A DNA stretch of 33,914 nucleotides from an uncultured Polaribacter sp. (GTDB lineage Bacteria > Bacteroidota > Bacteroidia > Flavobacteriales > Flavobacteriaceae). The stretch lies in NCBI GenBank assembly GCA_964022045.1, contig CAXICE010000001.1, positions 1 through 33,914 of the forward strand, in the 5' to 3' direction. The position numbers were made by a program, and so were the translations under genes. Shown here in pieces: positions 1 to 8,725 of the stretch. Each line of letters begins with the position of its first letter. The first letter of the stretch is position 1. A model generated the notes under the pieces. It was not told the origin of the DNA and did no database searches. It saw nothing but the letters and a program-made list of their open reading frames with translations.

Positions 1-1536
1 GAAAGTGTTTTTCAAAATACTAGAATTTTAGACGGACTTGTAAATAATCCAAATCAATCTTCTAATGTAAATAACGATTTTTATTTTCAAGATTATAACT
101 TAAAATTTGTGGCAGAAACTTCTGATAAAAGCAAGTTGTCTATCAGTAATTTATATAATAAAAACCATTTAGATTTTTCTTCAGAAAACCAACGTTTTAG
201 AGAAAAATCAATCGATAAAATTACCTATAAAAATAGCGGAACAAGATTGCTATGGAATCATAAAACCTCTTCTAATTTTTCACAAAACTTAGATTTTCAT
301 ATTTCAGAATACGACTTTGATTATCTTGGTAATAGAAATGAAACTAGAAATAATCAAAATGACAATCAAAATCGTGAATTTGAAATAAAAAACAATGTAA
401 AAGATCACGGAATTAATTATGACTTCACTTATAAATTAAGCACTAATTTTCAGTTTAATGGCGGTTATCAATTCTCCAAAACCAACATTTATTATTTGTA
501 TCAAACCAACTTTAATGGACCCAATAATATGTTGTTAAATGCGGAAAAAAATTCTAATACTACCAATGCATTTTTCTCTGAAATTCAACTTAAAAAAGGA
601 AAATCATATATAAATTTTGGTTTTAGAGCGAATCATTTTTCTGCAGTTAAAGAGTGGTTTTTGGAGCCTCGACTTTTTGCTTCTACTAAAATTTCAGATT
701 CATTTTCACTTAAAACTTCAGGAGAAATTAAAAACCAAGCGGTTAGTCAAGTTATTGAATATAGAAATAACGGAATTGGCTTAGAAAACAACATTTGGGC
801 AACAGCAAATAATGCGATTCCGATTTTAAATAGCAAACAGTTTTCAGTTGGATTTTTATATCAAAAAAACGGCTGGAATTTAGATGTTGATATCTATAAA
901 AAGAAGGTAAAAGGTATCACATTAATGACCGATGATATTGCCAATAGCACACCAAATAATCAAGTTCCTTTTTACATTTCGGGAGAAAGTGACATTTCTG
1001 GTTTAGAGCTTTTATTAAAGAAACGTTTTGGAAATTATCGTTCTTGGATTAGCTATTCATATTCGAAAACCAATCAACAATATAAAGAATTAAACAACGG
1101 AAATTCTTTTAGCGGAATTAATAGTATTCCGCATTCTTTTACGTGGTCGCACACCTATAAAATGAAGCAGTTTGAGTTTTCTTTAGGATGGAATTTTCGG
1201 TCTGGAATTCCGTACACAGAAGCAACCGGAACATTTACAGATTTAAACAATAATTTACGTGTTTCTTACGGAACGGTTAATGCGCAAAGATTGCCAAATT
1301 ATCAGAAATTCGATTTTTCATCAACCTATAAATTCAACTTTTCAAAAAAGAAAAATATTCAAGGAAAAATAGGTTTATCGCTGATGAATGTTTTAAATGA
1401 AAAGAACATTTTAGACAGAACTTACGAACTTAAAATTGTGAATTCTCCAGGAAATATTGAGGAACAAAAATTAGTAAAAACAGATAGGTTATCGCTAGGT
1501 TTTACACCAAATGTAGTGTTTAGATTAACTTTTTAA
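1..1536 (+). CDS. TonB-dependent receptor, C-terminal beta-barrel part (5'-truncated by window edge)
   Basis: Frame is open from base 1, so the GTG at 109 is probably internal. Amphipathic beta-strands, EPR motif, RLPNYQKFDFS and NVLNEKN motifs, C-terminal Phe (FRLTF). Confidence 0.85.
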   Translation, partial: ESVFQNTRILDGLVNNPNQSSNVNNDFYFQDYNLKFVAETSDKSKLSISNLYNKNHLDFSSENQRFREKSIDKITYKNSGTRLLWNHKTSSNFSQNLDFHISEYDFDYLGNRNETRNNQNDNQNREFEIKNNVKDHGINYDFTYKLSTNFQFNGGYQFSKTNIYYLYQTNFNGPNNMLLNAEKNSNTTNAFFSEIQLKKGKSYINFGFRANHFSAVKEWFLEPRLFASTKISDSFSLKTSGEIKNQAVSQVIEYRNNGIGLENNIWATANNAIPILNSKQFSVGFLYQKNGWNLDVDIYKKKVKGITLMTDDIANSTPNNQVPFYISGESDISGLELLLKKRFGNYRSWISYSYSKTNQQYKELNNGNSFSGINSIPHSFTWSHTYKMKQFEFSLGWNFRSGIPYTEATGTFTDLNNNLRVSYGTVNAQRLPNYQKFDFSSTYKFNFSKKKNIQGKIGLSLMNVLNEKNILDRTYELKIVNSPGNIEEQKLVKTDRLSLGFTPNVVFRLTF

Positions 1537-2684
1537 TTTGTTAATTTTTCTTCCTTTGCGTGCAATAAACGTGTTAGTTTTATTGATAAATCTAACAGAA
1601 TTATTTTTGCATTTCCGTTTCTTTCAATGTGATACATTGCCGAACTAATTTCGTTACTTATTTCTAAAACATTTCCGCTATGTACAAATGGCGCAAACTT
1701 TTTTAAGTCAAACCCGGCAGTTTCTGTTTCTAAAAACACAATCGATTCTGAATTGTAATTCAACAACATGGCTTGTCTAAAAAACTGTAAACAATATTTT
1801 AAAAAACGTTTTTGAGTTTCCCTTCCGCTTTTTGCAATTTCATCGCTCCAAGAAACCAATTGTTGTACAACCGAGGCATTTCCTTTAGCTTTAAAAGCTG
1901 TTCTAATCCAAGTAATAAACCAAGTTTCGAAAATAGAATCACTAGAATCGTGATGTAATAAATGCAATGCCTTGTTGTAATTTCCTTCAGCTTGATGTGC
2001 AATTTTATATGCAGAACTATCAGAAATTTTTTCTTTAGTTATTAAAGATTGTGCAACTTCTTCTTCTGATAATGCAGAAAAATGAATGGTTTGACAACGA
2101 GATTTTATAGTATTAATAATTTGTTCATCATCTTCTGTGCACAGAATAAAAACCGTTTTTTCTGGTGGTTCTTCAATTAGCTTTAATAGTTTATTTGCTG
2201 CAGAAATATTCATTTTTTCAGCCATCCAAATAATCATTACCTTAAAACCACCTTCGTAAGACTTTAATTTTAAAGATTTTACAATATTTTCTGCTTCATC
2301 AACACCAATTAAACCTTGCTTGTTTTCTACGCCGATAAATTGCAGCCAATTATACAAACTTCCGTAAGATTGTTCTTTGATAAATAACCTCCAATCGTCT
2401 AAAAACAAATCACTAACTGGATGTTTTTTTACCTTATCATTTGATGTTACAGGAAATGCGAAATGTAAATCTGGGTGTGTTAATTTTTCGCATTTAACTC
2501 GACAAGAGTTTTCATCTTTACTAGTTGTGCAAAGCAAATGTTGTGCGTAAGCAATTGCCATTGGTAAGGTTCCAACACCTTCTTTTCCAACAAACAATTG
2601 TGCATGTGGAATTCTACCATTTTCTGTAGTAGATTTTAGGTGATTTTTAATATGATCTTGACCAATTACATCTTTAAAAAACAT
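1533..2684 (-). CDS. holB: DNA polymerase III subunit delta'
   Basis: FKDVIGQ, GRIPHAQLFVG, HPDLHF, ANKLLKLIEEPP and TIKSRCQ clamp-loader motifs; degenerate Walker A (GKEGVGT). Confidence 0.93.
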   Translation of the reverse strand: MFFKDVIGQDHIKNHLKSTTENGRIPHAQLFVGKEGVGTLPMAIAYAQHLLCTTSKDENSCRVKCEKLTHPDLHFAFPVTSNDKVKKHPVSDLFLDDWRLFIKEQSYGSLYNWLQFIGVENKQGLIGVDEAENIVKSLKLKSYEGGFKVMIIWMAEKMNISAANKLLKLIEEPPEKTVFILCTEDDEQIINTIKSRCQTIHFSALSEEEVAQSLITKEKISDSSAYKIAHQAEGNYNKALHLLHHDSSDSIFETWFITWIRTAFKAKGNASVVQQLVSWSDEIAKSGRETQKRFLKYCLQFFRQAMLLNYNSESIVFLETETAGFDLKKFAPFVHSGNVLEISNEISSAMYHIERNGNAKIILLDLSIKLTRLLHAKEEKLTN

Positions 2685-2688
2685 AACA

Positions 2689-2696
2689 CAAATATA
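2689..2696 (-). promoter_or_regulatory. Bacteroidota -7 promoter element (TATATTTG) for holB
   Basis: Exact TAnnTTTG match on the minus strand, ending 4 nt before the holB ATG. Confidence 0.7.
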
Positions 2697-2766
2697 TAAC
2701 TTTTACTTACCGAAAACAGCATTGCTATTTTTTGATTTGTAATTTTTTGTAACCTTCTTAAATAAG

Positions 2767-2774
2767 TACATTTG
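2767..2774 (+). promoter_or_regulatory. -7 promoter element (TACATTTG) for pgk
   Basis: Exact TAnnTTTG match 17 nt upstream of the ATG; a TTTG lies at 2746-2749. Confidence 0.75.
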
Positions 2775-2791
2775 TAAAAAATAAAAAAACA

Positions 2792-3979
2792 ATGCCAACA
2801 CTAAAAGATTTTAACTTCGAAAACAAAAAAGCACTAATTCGAGTAGATTTTAATGTGCCTTTAAATGATGATTTTAAAGTAACAGATGCTACAAGAATTC
2901 ATGCTGCAAAATCAACAATAGACACTATTTTAAAAGCAGGAGGATCGGCAATTTTGATGTCGCATTTAGGAAGACCAAAAGGAAAAGAAGATCAATTTTC
3001 TTTGCGTCATATTGTAGAAAAAGCATCAGAAGTATTAGGTGTAAAAGTAAAGTTTGTTGATGATTGTATTGGTGATAAAGTAGAAAAAGTAGTATCAGAA
3101 TTAAAAGCAGGTGAAGTTTTATTATTAGAAAACTTACGTTTTTATAGCGAAGAAAAAACAGGCGATAAAAACTTTGCAGAACAGCTTTCTAAATTAGGAG
3201 ATATTTATGTAAATGACGCTTTTGGTACAGCACACAGAGCACATGCTTCAACAGCAATTATTGCAGATTTCTTTCCAAACAACAAGTGTTTTGGTAATTT
3301 ATTAGCAAGAGAAATAGAAAGTATCGATAAAGTTTTAAACGATAGTCAAAAACCAGTTACGGCAATTTTAGGAGGCGCAAAAGTGTCATCAAAAATTGGG
3401 GTGATAGAAAATATTTTAGACAAAGTAGATCATATTATTATTGGTGGCGGAATGACATTTACTTTTGTAAAAGCGCTTGGTGGTAAGATTGGAAATTCTT
3501 TAGTAGAAGATGATAAACAAGAATTAGCGTTGTCAATTTTAGAGAAAGCAAAAGCAAAAAACGTAGCAATTCATTTACCTGTTGATGCAATTATTGCTGA
3601 TGACTTTAGCAATGATGCGAATACAAAAGAAGTAGATACAGATCAAATTCCTGATGGATGGATGGGATTAGATGCTGGATCTAAAACAGCAGAAAAATTT
3701 GCAGAAGTTATTGCACAATCTAAAACGATATTATGGAACGGACCTTTAGGTGTTTTTGAAATGGAAAACTTTTCTAACGGAACTATTGAATTAGGAAATG
3801 CTATTGCTGCATCTACTAAAAATGGTGCATTTTCTTTAGTTGGCGGTGGTGATTCTGTTGCAGCAGTTAAACAATTTGGTTTTGCAGAAAAAGTAAGCTA
3901 TGTTTCTACTGGCGGTGGCGCAATGTTAGAAATGTTAGAAGGAAAAACGTTACCAGGAATTGAAGCTATTTTAAAATAG
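2792..3979 (+). CDS. pgk: Phosphoglycerate kinase
   Basis: [50 protein letters not shown] and STGGGA motifs. Confidence 0.99.
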   Translation: MPTLKDFNFENKKALIRVDFNVPLNDDFKVTDATRIHAAKSTIDTILKAGGSAILMSHLGRPKGKEDQFSLRHIVEKASEVLGVKVKFVDDCIGDKVEKVVSELKAGEVLLLENLRFYSEEKTGDKNFAEQLSKLGDIYVNDAFGTAHRAHASTAIIADFFPNNKCFGNLLAREIESIDKVLNDSQKPVTAILGGAKVSSKIGVIENILDKVDHIIIGGGMTFTFVKALGGKIGNSLVEDDKQELALSILEKAKAKNVAIHLPVDAIIADDFSNDANTKEVDTDQIPDGWMGLDAGSKTAEKFAEVIAQSKTILWNGPLGVFEMENFSNGTIELGNAIAASTKNGAFSLVGGGDSVAAVKQFGFAEKVSYVSTGGGAMLEMLEGKTLPGIEAILK

Positions 3980-3991
3980 TTTTAACTAAAA

Positions 3992-4019
3992 TGTCATTTC
4001 GAGCGGAGTCGAGAAATCT
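3992..4019. repeat. REP-like short GC-rich palindromic element (TGTCATTTCGAGCGGAGTCGAGAAATCT)
   Basis: GC-rich imperfect hairpin in an AT-rich spacer with no poly-T tail. Resembles an intergenic repeat family I recall from Flavobacteria. Single copy in this window. Confidence 0.55.
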
Positions 4020-4045
4020 TGAACAATAATTATTTTATAACAAAG

Positions 4046-5083
4046 ATGAAATACACAACATTACCAAATTCAGACATAAAAGTTTCTAAAATTTGTTTAG
4101 GAACCATGACTTGGGGTCAGCAAAATACAGAATCAGAAGGTCATGAACAAATGGATTATGCGCTAGAAAAAGGTGTTAACTTTTTTGATGTTGCAGAGTT
4201 ATATCCAATTCCGGCTAAAGCAGAAACTTATGGCGCAACGGAAAAAATTATTGGTTCTTGGTTTAAAAAAACGGGTAACAGAGATAAAGTTGTTTTAGCA
4301 TCAAAAATTGCTGGTTGGGGCGCTTATACGGCGCATATCAGAAAAGATGGATTCAGCAAAAGAGCTATTAAAGAAGCGGTAGAAAACAGCTTAAAAAGAT
4401 TGCAAACAGATTATATAGATTTATATCAATTACATTGGCCAGAAAGAGCTGCTAATTGTTTTGGTGTTAGAGATTATCCGTATCAAAATCATAAAGAGAG
4501 CTACGAAAATCATTTAGAAATTTTAGAAACTTTAAACGATTTTGTAAAAGCCGGAACGATTAAAAAAGTAGGTTTATCTAACGAAACACCTTGGGGAACT
4601 ATGCAATATTTGCAAACCGCAAAAGAGCATAATTTACCAAGAATGTCAACAATTCAAAACTCGTATTCTTTATTGCATAGAGCTTATGAATACGGAATGT
4701 CTGAAGTTTCTTTAAGAGAAAATATTGGATTATTAGTGTATTCTCCGTTGGCTTTTGGTGTTCTTTCAGGAAAATATGTTGGCGGAAAATTGCCTTCAGA
4801 TTCTCGTGTTGCTTTGTTTCCAAACTACAACAGGTATTCTTCTGCCGAATCTGAAAAAGCTGTGATTGAGTATCAGAAAATTGCTAATAAAAACGGGTTG
4901 TCTTTAGTTGAATTATCGCTGGCTTTTGTAAATCAATTGCCTTTTGTTACGAGTAATATTATTGGCGCTACAAAAATGAGTCAGCTAAAAGAGAATATTA
5001 ATAGTATCAATATCGAATTACCACAAGAAATTATTGATGAAATAAATGCGGTTCATAAAGTAATGCCCAATCCTGCTCCGTAA
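4046..5083 (+). CDS. NADP(H)-dependent aldo/keto reductase (Tas-like)
   Basis: SKICLGTMTWG, DVAELY, SLKRLQTDYIDLYQLHWP, GLSNETPWG and YSPLAFGVLSGKY. ATG 4046 preferred over TTG 4019, which overlaps the repeat. Confidence 0.93.
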   Translation: MKYTTLPNSDIKVSKICLGTMTWGQQNTESEGHEQMDYALEKGVNFFDVAELYPIPAKAETYGATEKIIGSWFKKTGNRDKVVLASKIAGWGAYTAHIRKDGFSKRAIKEAVENSLKRLQTDYIDLYQLHWPERAANCFGVRDYPYQNHKESYENHLEILETLNDFVKAGTIKKVGLSNETPWGTMQYLQTAKEHNLPRMSTIQNSYSLLHRAYEYGMSEVSLRENIGLLVYSPLAFGVLSGKYVGGKLPSDSRVALFPNYNRYSSAESEKAVIEYQKIANKNGLSLVELSLAFVNQLPFVTSNIIGATKMSQLKENINSINIELPQEIIDEINAVHKVMPNPAP

Positions 5084-5103
5084 AACTACTTATTTTAAAA
5101 CAT

Positions 5104-5137
5104 AAAAAAGCCCGATGAATTTTCATCGGGCTTTTTT
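5104..5137. terminator. Bidirectional intrinsic terminator
   Basis: AAAAAAGCCCGATGAA-TT-TTCATCGGGCTTTTTT perfect inverted repeat between convergent genes. Confidence 0.92.
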
Positions 5138-5142
5138 GATAT

Positions 5143-5448
5143 TTATTCTTCAATTAATTTTATTGAACTTGCTTTAAATCGGTTGTTTTTAATTTCTCCA
5201 ACAGCAGTTGCTTTTCTAACAACTTCACAAAAACCAGTTTTTTTATCGTGAGCATCGCCAAAATCATCAATATGAGCGCCGTCAACAAAATATGCTTTTC
5301 CGTCAATTTTTATTGCTAAATCACAACCTTCTTGACCTGTAAGTTCAAACTGACATTGTCCACAAGAAACATCAGCAACAATAATTTTTTCTTTCTTTTC
5401 TGCACAAGAAAAAAGAACAAACAAACTTAAAAATAATAATTTTTTCAT
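5143..5448 (-). CDS. Small Cys-rich lipoprotein (DUF6370-like)
   Basis: Lipobox LFSC; CGQC, GCDLA, DAHD and GFC motifs. Confidence 0.75.
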   Translation of the reverse strand: MKKLLFLSLFVLFSCAEKKEKIIVADVSCGQCQFELTGQEGCDLAIKIDGKAYFVDGAHIDDFGDAHDKKTGFCEVVRKATAVGEIKNNRFKASSIKLIEE

Positions 5449-5450
5449 GA

Positions 5451-6419
5451 TTAATATCCAATTTTAGATCGAACTCTTTGCAAAACATCAGCAGCAACTT
5501 TTCTTGCTTTTGTAGCTCCAATTGCAAGTACTTCATCTATTTCGTTTAGGTTATTCATATAGTGATTGTACTTTTCTCTTTCAGTAGAAAATGTTTCTAA
5601 AATCAACTCATACAACGCTTGTTTTGCATGACCATAACCGTAATTTCCGCCCAAATAATTTGCACGCATCGCTTCAGTTTTTTCTTCAGAAGCAATTAAT
5701 TTATACAAAGCAAAAACGTTATCTGTATCTGGGTTTTTAGGTTCTTCTAACGGCGTACTATCGGTTTGAATTGCCATAATTTGTTTGCGTAACTTTTTAT
5801 CCGTCAAGAAAATATTGATGTAATTATTACGCGATTTACTCATTTTTTCGCCATCAGTTCCAGGAACTAATTTGGTTTCTTCGCTAATTTTAGCATTTGG
5901 TAATACCAATGTTTCTCCTACAGTATTGTTAAATCTACTGGCAACATCGCGCGTTATTTCTAAATGTTGTAATTGATCTTTTCCAACAGGAACAATTTCT
6001 GCATCGTACAATAAAATATCTGCCGCCATTAACATTGGATAGGTAAATAATCCAGAATTAACATCCGATAACCTGTCTGCTTTGTCTTTAAAACTATGCG
6101 CTAAGGTTAAACGTTGATATGGAAAAAAACAACCTAAATACCATGATAATTCGGTTACTTCTGGCACATCACTTTGTCTATAAAAAACAGTAGAATTAAT
6201 ATCTAAACCACACGCAAGCCAAGTTGCTGCAACACTGTAAGTATTTTCTTTTAGTGTAGTTGCATCTTTTATCTGCGTTAAAGAATGCATGTCTGCAATA
6301 AATAAAAACGTTTCTTCTTTGGCTTCTTTTGCCATTTTTATGGCTGGTAAAATAGCTCCTAATAAATTTCCTAAATGTGGAGTTCCGGTGCTTTGTACTC
6401 CGGTTAAAATTCTAGACAT
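5451..6419 (-). CDS. trpS: Tryptophan--tRNA ligase
   Basis: HLGN (HIGH-like), KMSKS, YPMLMAADIL and VPVGKDQLQHLE. Confidence 0.98.
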   Translation of the reverse strand: MSRILTGVQSTGTPHLGNLLGAILPAIKMAKEAKEETFLFIADMHSLTQIKDATTLKENTYSVAATWLACGLDINSTVFYRQSDVPEVTELSWYLGCFFPYQRLTLAHSFKDKADRLSDVNSGLFTYPMLMAADILLYDAEIVPVGKDQLQHLEITRDVASRFNNTVGETLVLPNAKISEETKLVPGTDGEKMSKSRNNYINIFLTDKKLRKQIMAIQTDSTPLEEPKNPDTDNVFALYKLIASEEKTEAMRANYLGGNYGYGHAKQALYELILETFSTEREKYNHYMNNLNEIDEVLAIGATKARKVAADVLQRVRSKIGY

Positions 6420-6452
6420 TAATTTATGTTTAAATAGTTTTTAAATCTATCA

Positions 6453-6460
6453 CAAAAATA
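6453..6460 (-). promoter_or_regulatory. -7 promoter element (TATTTTTG) for trpS
   Basis: TAnnTTTG match 33 nt upstream of the trpS ATG. Confidence 0.6.
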
Positions 6461-6499
6461 CTGTTTTAATAAGGAAAAGACAATAAGAATATTAATTAC

Positions 6500-6507
6500 T
6501 ACATTTG
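6500..6507 (+). promoter_or_regulatory. -7 promoter element (TACATTTG) for the acyltransferase operon
   Basis: Exact TAnnTTTG match 6 nt before ATG 6514. Confidence 0.65.
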
Positions 6508-6513
6508 GCAACC

Positions 6514-7284
6514 ATGGATTTCTTTAAAAATATTTTGCGTTTAATTTGGCGCGTTTGGTTTTATGTATTTTTCGGTATTTCGTTACTTGTAATGATACCT
6601 GTTTTGTTTCTTTTAACGATTCATGAAAATCAATATCCTTTTTTATATAAAATTATTAGAGCGTTTTCTAAAACCTTACTTTTTGTGATGGGTTTTCGAT
6701 TAAAAAAAGAAATTTTAGAACCGTTGGATAGAAACAAAAGCTATATGTTTTGTCCAAATCATTCTTCAATGTTAGATCCTTTTATTCTAATAAGTATGGT
6801 TAAAAACCCGATTGTTTTTGTTGGAAAAGCAGAACTTAAAAAGATTCCAATTTTTGGGTTTTTCTATAAACGTATTTGTATTTTGGTTGATAGAAGCAGT
6901 CAAAGTAGTAGAAAAAGAGTTTATTTAAGTGCAAAAAGAAGACTAAAAAACGGAACAAGTGTTGCCATTTTTCCTGAAGGAATGGTGCCAACAGAAGATA
7001 TTATTTTAAGTCCGTTTAAAAACGGCGCATTTAGTTTGGCAATAGAACATCAAATTCCGATTATTCCTGCAACATATTTTGATTGTAAACGTTTCTTTTC
7101 ATGGACGTTTTTTAAAGGAAGACCTGGTAAAATTAGAGTAAAACAGCACAAGCCAATTTTTACAAAAGGTTTAGAAAAGAAAGACTTAAATACAATTAAA
7201 ACACAAACTTTTAAAGTATTATTTGATGATTTATCTAATGATACAGCCTACATGAAAGACACAAATAGACATTTGAATGAGTGA
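6514..7284 (+). CDS. 1-acyl-sn-glycerol-3-phosphate acyltransferase family (PlsC-like)
   Basis: NHSSMLD (HX4D) and IFPEG motifs, N-terminal TM segment. The TTG at 6505 lies inside the promoter element, so ATG 6514 is preferred. Confidence 0.9.
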   Translation: MDFFKNILRLIWRVWFYVFFGISLLVMIPVLFLLTIHENQYPFLYKIIRAFSKTLLFVMGFRLKKEILEPLDRNKSYMFCPNHSSMLDPFILISMVKNPIVFVGKAELKKIPIFGFFYKRICILVDRSSQSSRKRVYLSAKRRLKNGTSVAIFPEGMVPTEDIILSPFKNGAFSLAIEHQIPIIPATYFDCKRFFSWTFFKGRPGKIRVKQHKPIFTKGLEKKDLNTIKTQTFKVLFDDLSNDTAYMKDTNRHLNE

Positions 7285-7915
7285 ATTAAACACTAAATAC
7301 AGTGATAAAGAAGAGAAATTAAACATTGCAACTCATGCTTTTGGGTTCCTTTTAAGTGTTATTGCATTTCCTTTTTTAGTTTTAAAAGCAATGCTTTTAG
7401 AAGGTTTTTGGAAACCTGTTAGCATACTTATTTTCGGATTTAGCTTAATCATTTTATATGCAGCTTCTACATTTTATCATGCCGCAACAAAACCAAAATT
7501 AAGAAGACGTTTAAACATCTTTGATCATGCTGCAATTTATGTTTTAATTGCTGGAACTTACACACCTTTTACAATTATTACTTTAGAAGGAAATACAGGT
7601 TGGATTATCTTTGGATTGACTTGGTTTTTTGCATTAACAGGAATTATTTTAAAACTTTTTTTTACAGGAAAATTTGATAAATTATCAACTATAATGTATG
7701 TTTTAATGGGTTGGCAAATTGTTTTTGCAATTTCGCCCTTATTAGAAAAACTTTCAGTTGAAGGTTTATTTTGGCTGTTTGCTGGCGGAGTATTTTATAC
7801 CGTTGGGGCAGTTCTATATTCGATAAAAAAGATTCCGTACAACCACGCAATATTTCATTTTTTTGTTTTAGCAGGAAGCTTATCTCATTTTATTTCAATT
7901 TACTATTATGTATAA
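7277..7915 (+). CDS. Hemolysin III / PAQR family membrane protein (TrhA-like)
   Basis: EEKLNIATH, STFYH, DHAAIYVLIAGTYTPF and HAIFHFFV motifs; about 7 TM helices. Confidence 0.93.
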   Translation: MSELNTKYSDKEEKLNIATHAFGFLLSVIAFPFLVLKAMLLEGFWKPVSILIFGFSLIILYAASTFYHAATKPKLRRRLNIFDHAAIYVLIAGTYTPFTIITLEGNTGWIIFGLTWFFALTGIILKLFFTGKFDKLSTIMYVLMGWQIVFAISPLLEKLSVEGLFWLFAGGVFYTVGAVLYSIKKIPYNHAIFHFFVLAGSLSHFISIYYYV

Positions 7916-8017
7916 TTCATAATAATGTTAATTTTTATTAGAAAACTATCATTTTTATAAGAATATTAACGCAAAAACAACAATAAAAAGATGTTGTTTT
8001 TAAAATAATCGTAATTG

Positions 8018-8049
8018 TTTGTTTGTCAACAAAAAACACTATATATTTG
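8018..8049 (+). promoter_or_regulatory. Orphan -33/-7 promoter (TTTG-N20-TATATTTG)
   Basis: TTTG 8018-8021 and TAnnTTTG 8042-8049, with no plus-strand CDS before the next terminator. Confidence 0.65.
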
Positions 8050-8053
8050 TAGT

Positions 8054-8161
8054 CTTAGATGACAAGATAATTTTTTAATTGTTGAAGCGTTTAAGGTAAA
8101 TAAATCTTATTTAGGGGGTAGGTTTATTAAATTTCCTCGAGCTTTTGTTCGAGGTTTTTTT
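8054..8161 (+). ncRNA. Candidate small RNA, about 105-110 nt
   Basis: Bounded by a consensus promoter and a plus-strand terminator; contains a G-rich tract TAGGGGGTAGG; the only ATG-initiated ORF is 3 codons. Confidence 0.5.
8135..8161 (+). terminator. Intrinsic terminator
   Basis: CCTCGAGC-TTTT-GTTCGAGG stem (one G-U pair) followed by T7. Confidence 0.8.
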
Positions 8162-8633
8162 ATGCCCAAGAATTATATGGCAGCTTACTTAAAGATGAAT
8201 TATAGTATTTAACTTCTCCAGTAACTTCTTTTCCTAGCCAATCTGGTTTTGAAAAATTTTCATTTTCGTTTGATAATTCTATTTCCGCAACAATTAAACC
8301 TTTGTTTTCTCCAAGGAATTCATCAACTTCAAAAACATGTTTTCCTTTTTTGATGTAATATCTATATTTTTCAATAGAATTTTTCTCTGTTAAAAGCATT
8401 AATTGTTCTGCTTCATTTACCGGAATTTCTTTTTCCCACTCAAATCGAACAGTTCCTGCTGTGTTTGACTTTCCTTTTATGGTTAAAAAAGCTTTTTCCT
8501 CAATAATTCTTACACGAACAGTTCTCTCTTTATCAGAATTTAAAAAACCTTGTTTGATGTACTTTTTTTGAAAAGAAAATTCTTTAAAACTATCGTTTTT
8601 AATTAAAAATTTTCTTTCTATTTCTAGATTCAT
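8160..8633 (-). CDS. CYTH domain protein (triphosphate tunnel metalloenzyme)
   Basis: EIERKF (ExExK), RTVRVR, FEVDEF, AEIEL and PDWLGKEVTG. Confidence 0.93.
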   Translation of the reverse strand: MNLEIERKFLIKNDSFKEFSFQKKYIKQGFLNSDKERTVRVRIIEEKAFLTIKGKSNTAGTVRFEWEKEIPVNEAEQLMLLTEKNSIEKYRYYIKKGKHVFEVDEFLGENKGLIVAEIELSNENENFSKPDWLGKEVTGEVKYYNSSLSKLPYNSWA

Positions 8634-8696
8634 TTATTTGCCGTTAATATTTGTACTAATGTATTGCTTTTTATCGTTATTGTTACAATTATTAGA

Positions 8697-8704
8697 TATC
8701 TTTG
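8697..8704 (+). promoter_or_regulatory. -7 promoter element (TATCTTTG) for porZ-recO-TBDR
   Basis: TAnnTTTG match 21 nt upstream of ATG 8726. Confidence 0.7.
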
Positions 8705-8725
8705 AACTATAAAAATGTGTTCTTT

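Noticed and set aside
8059-8070. Mini-ORF ATGACAAGATAA (MTR*) inside the sRNA candidate
   Set aside because: Three codons only, expected by chance, with no downstream gene to attenuate.
8682-8687. GTTACA half-site upstream of porZ
   Set aside because: No matching left half-site and wrong spacing to the -7 element.
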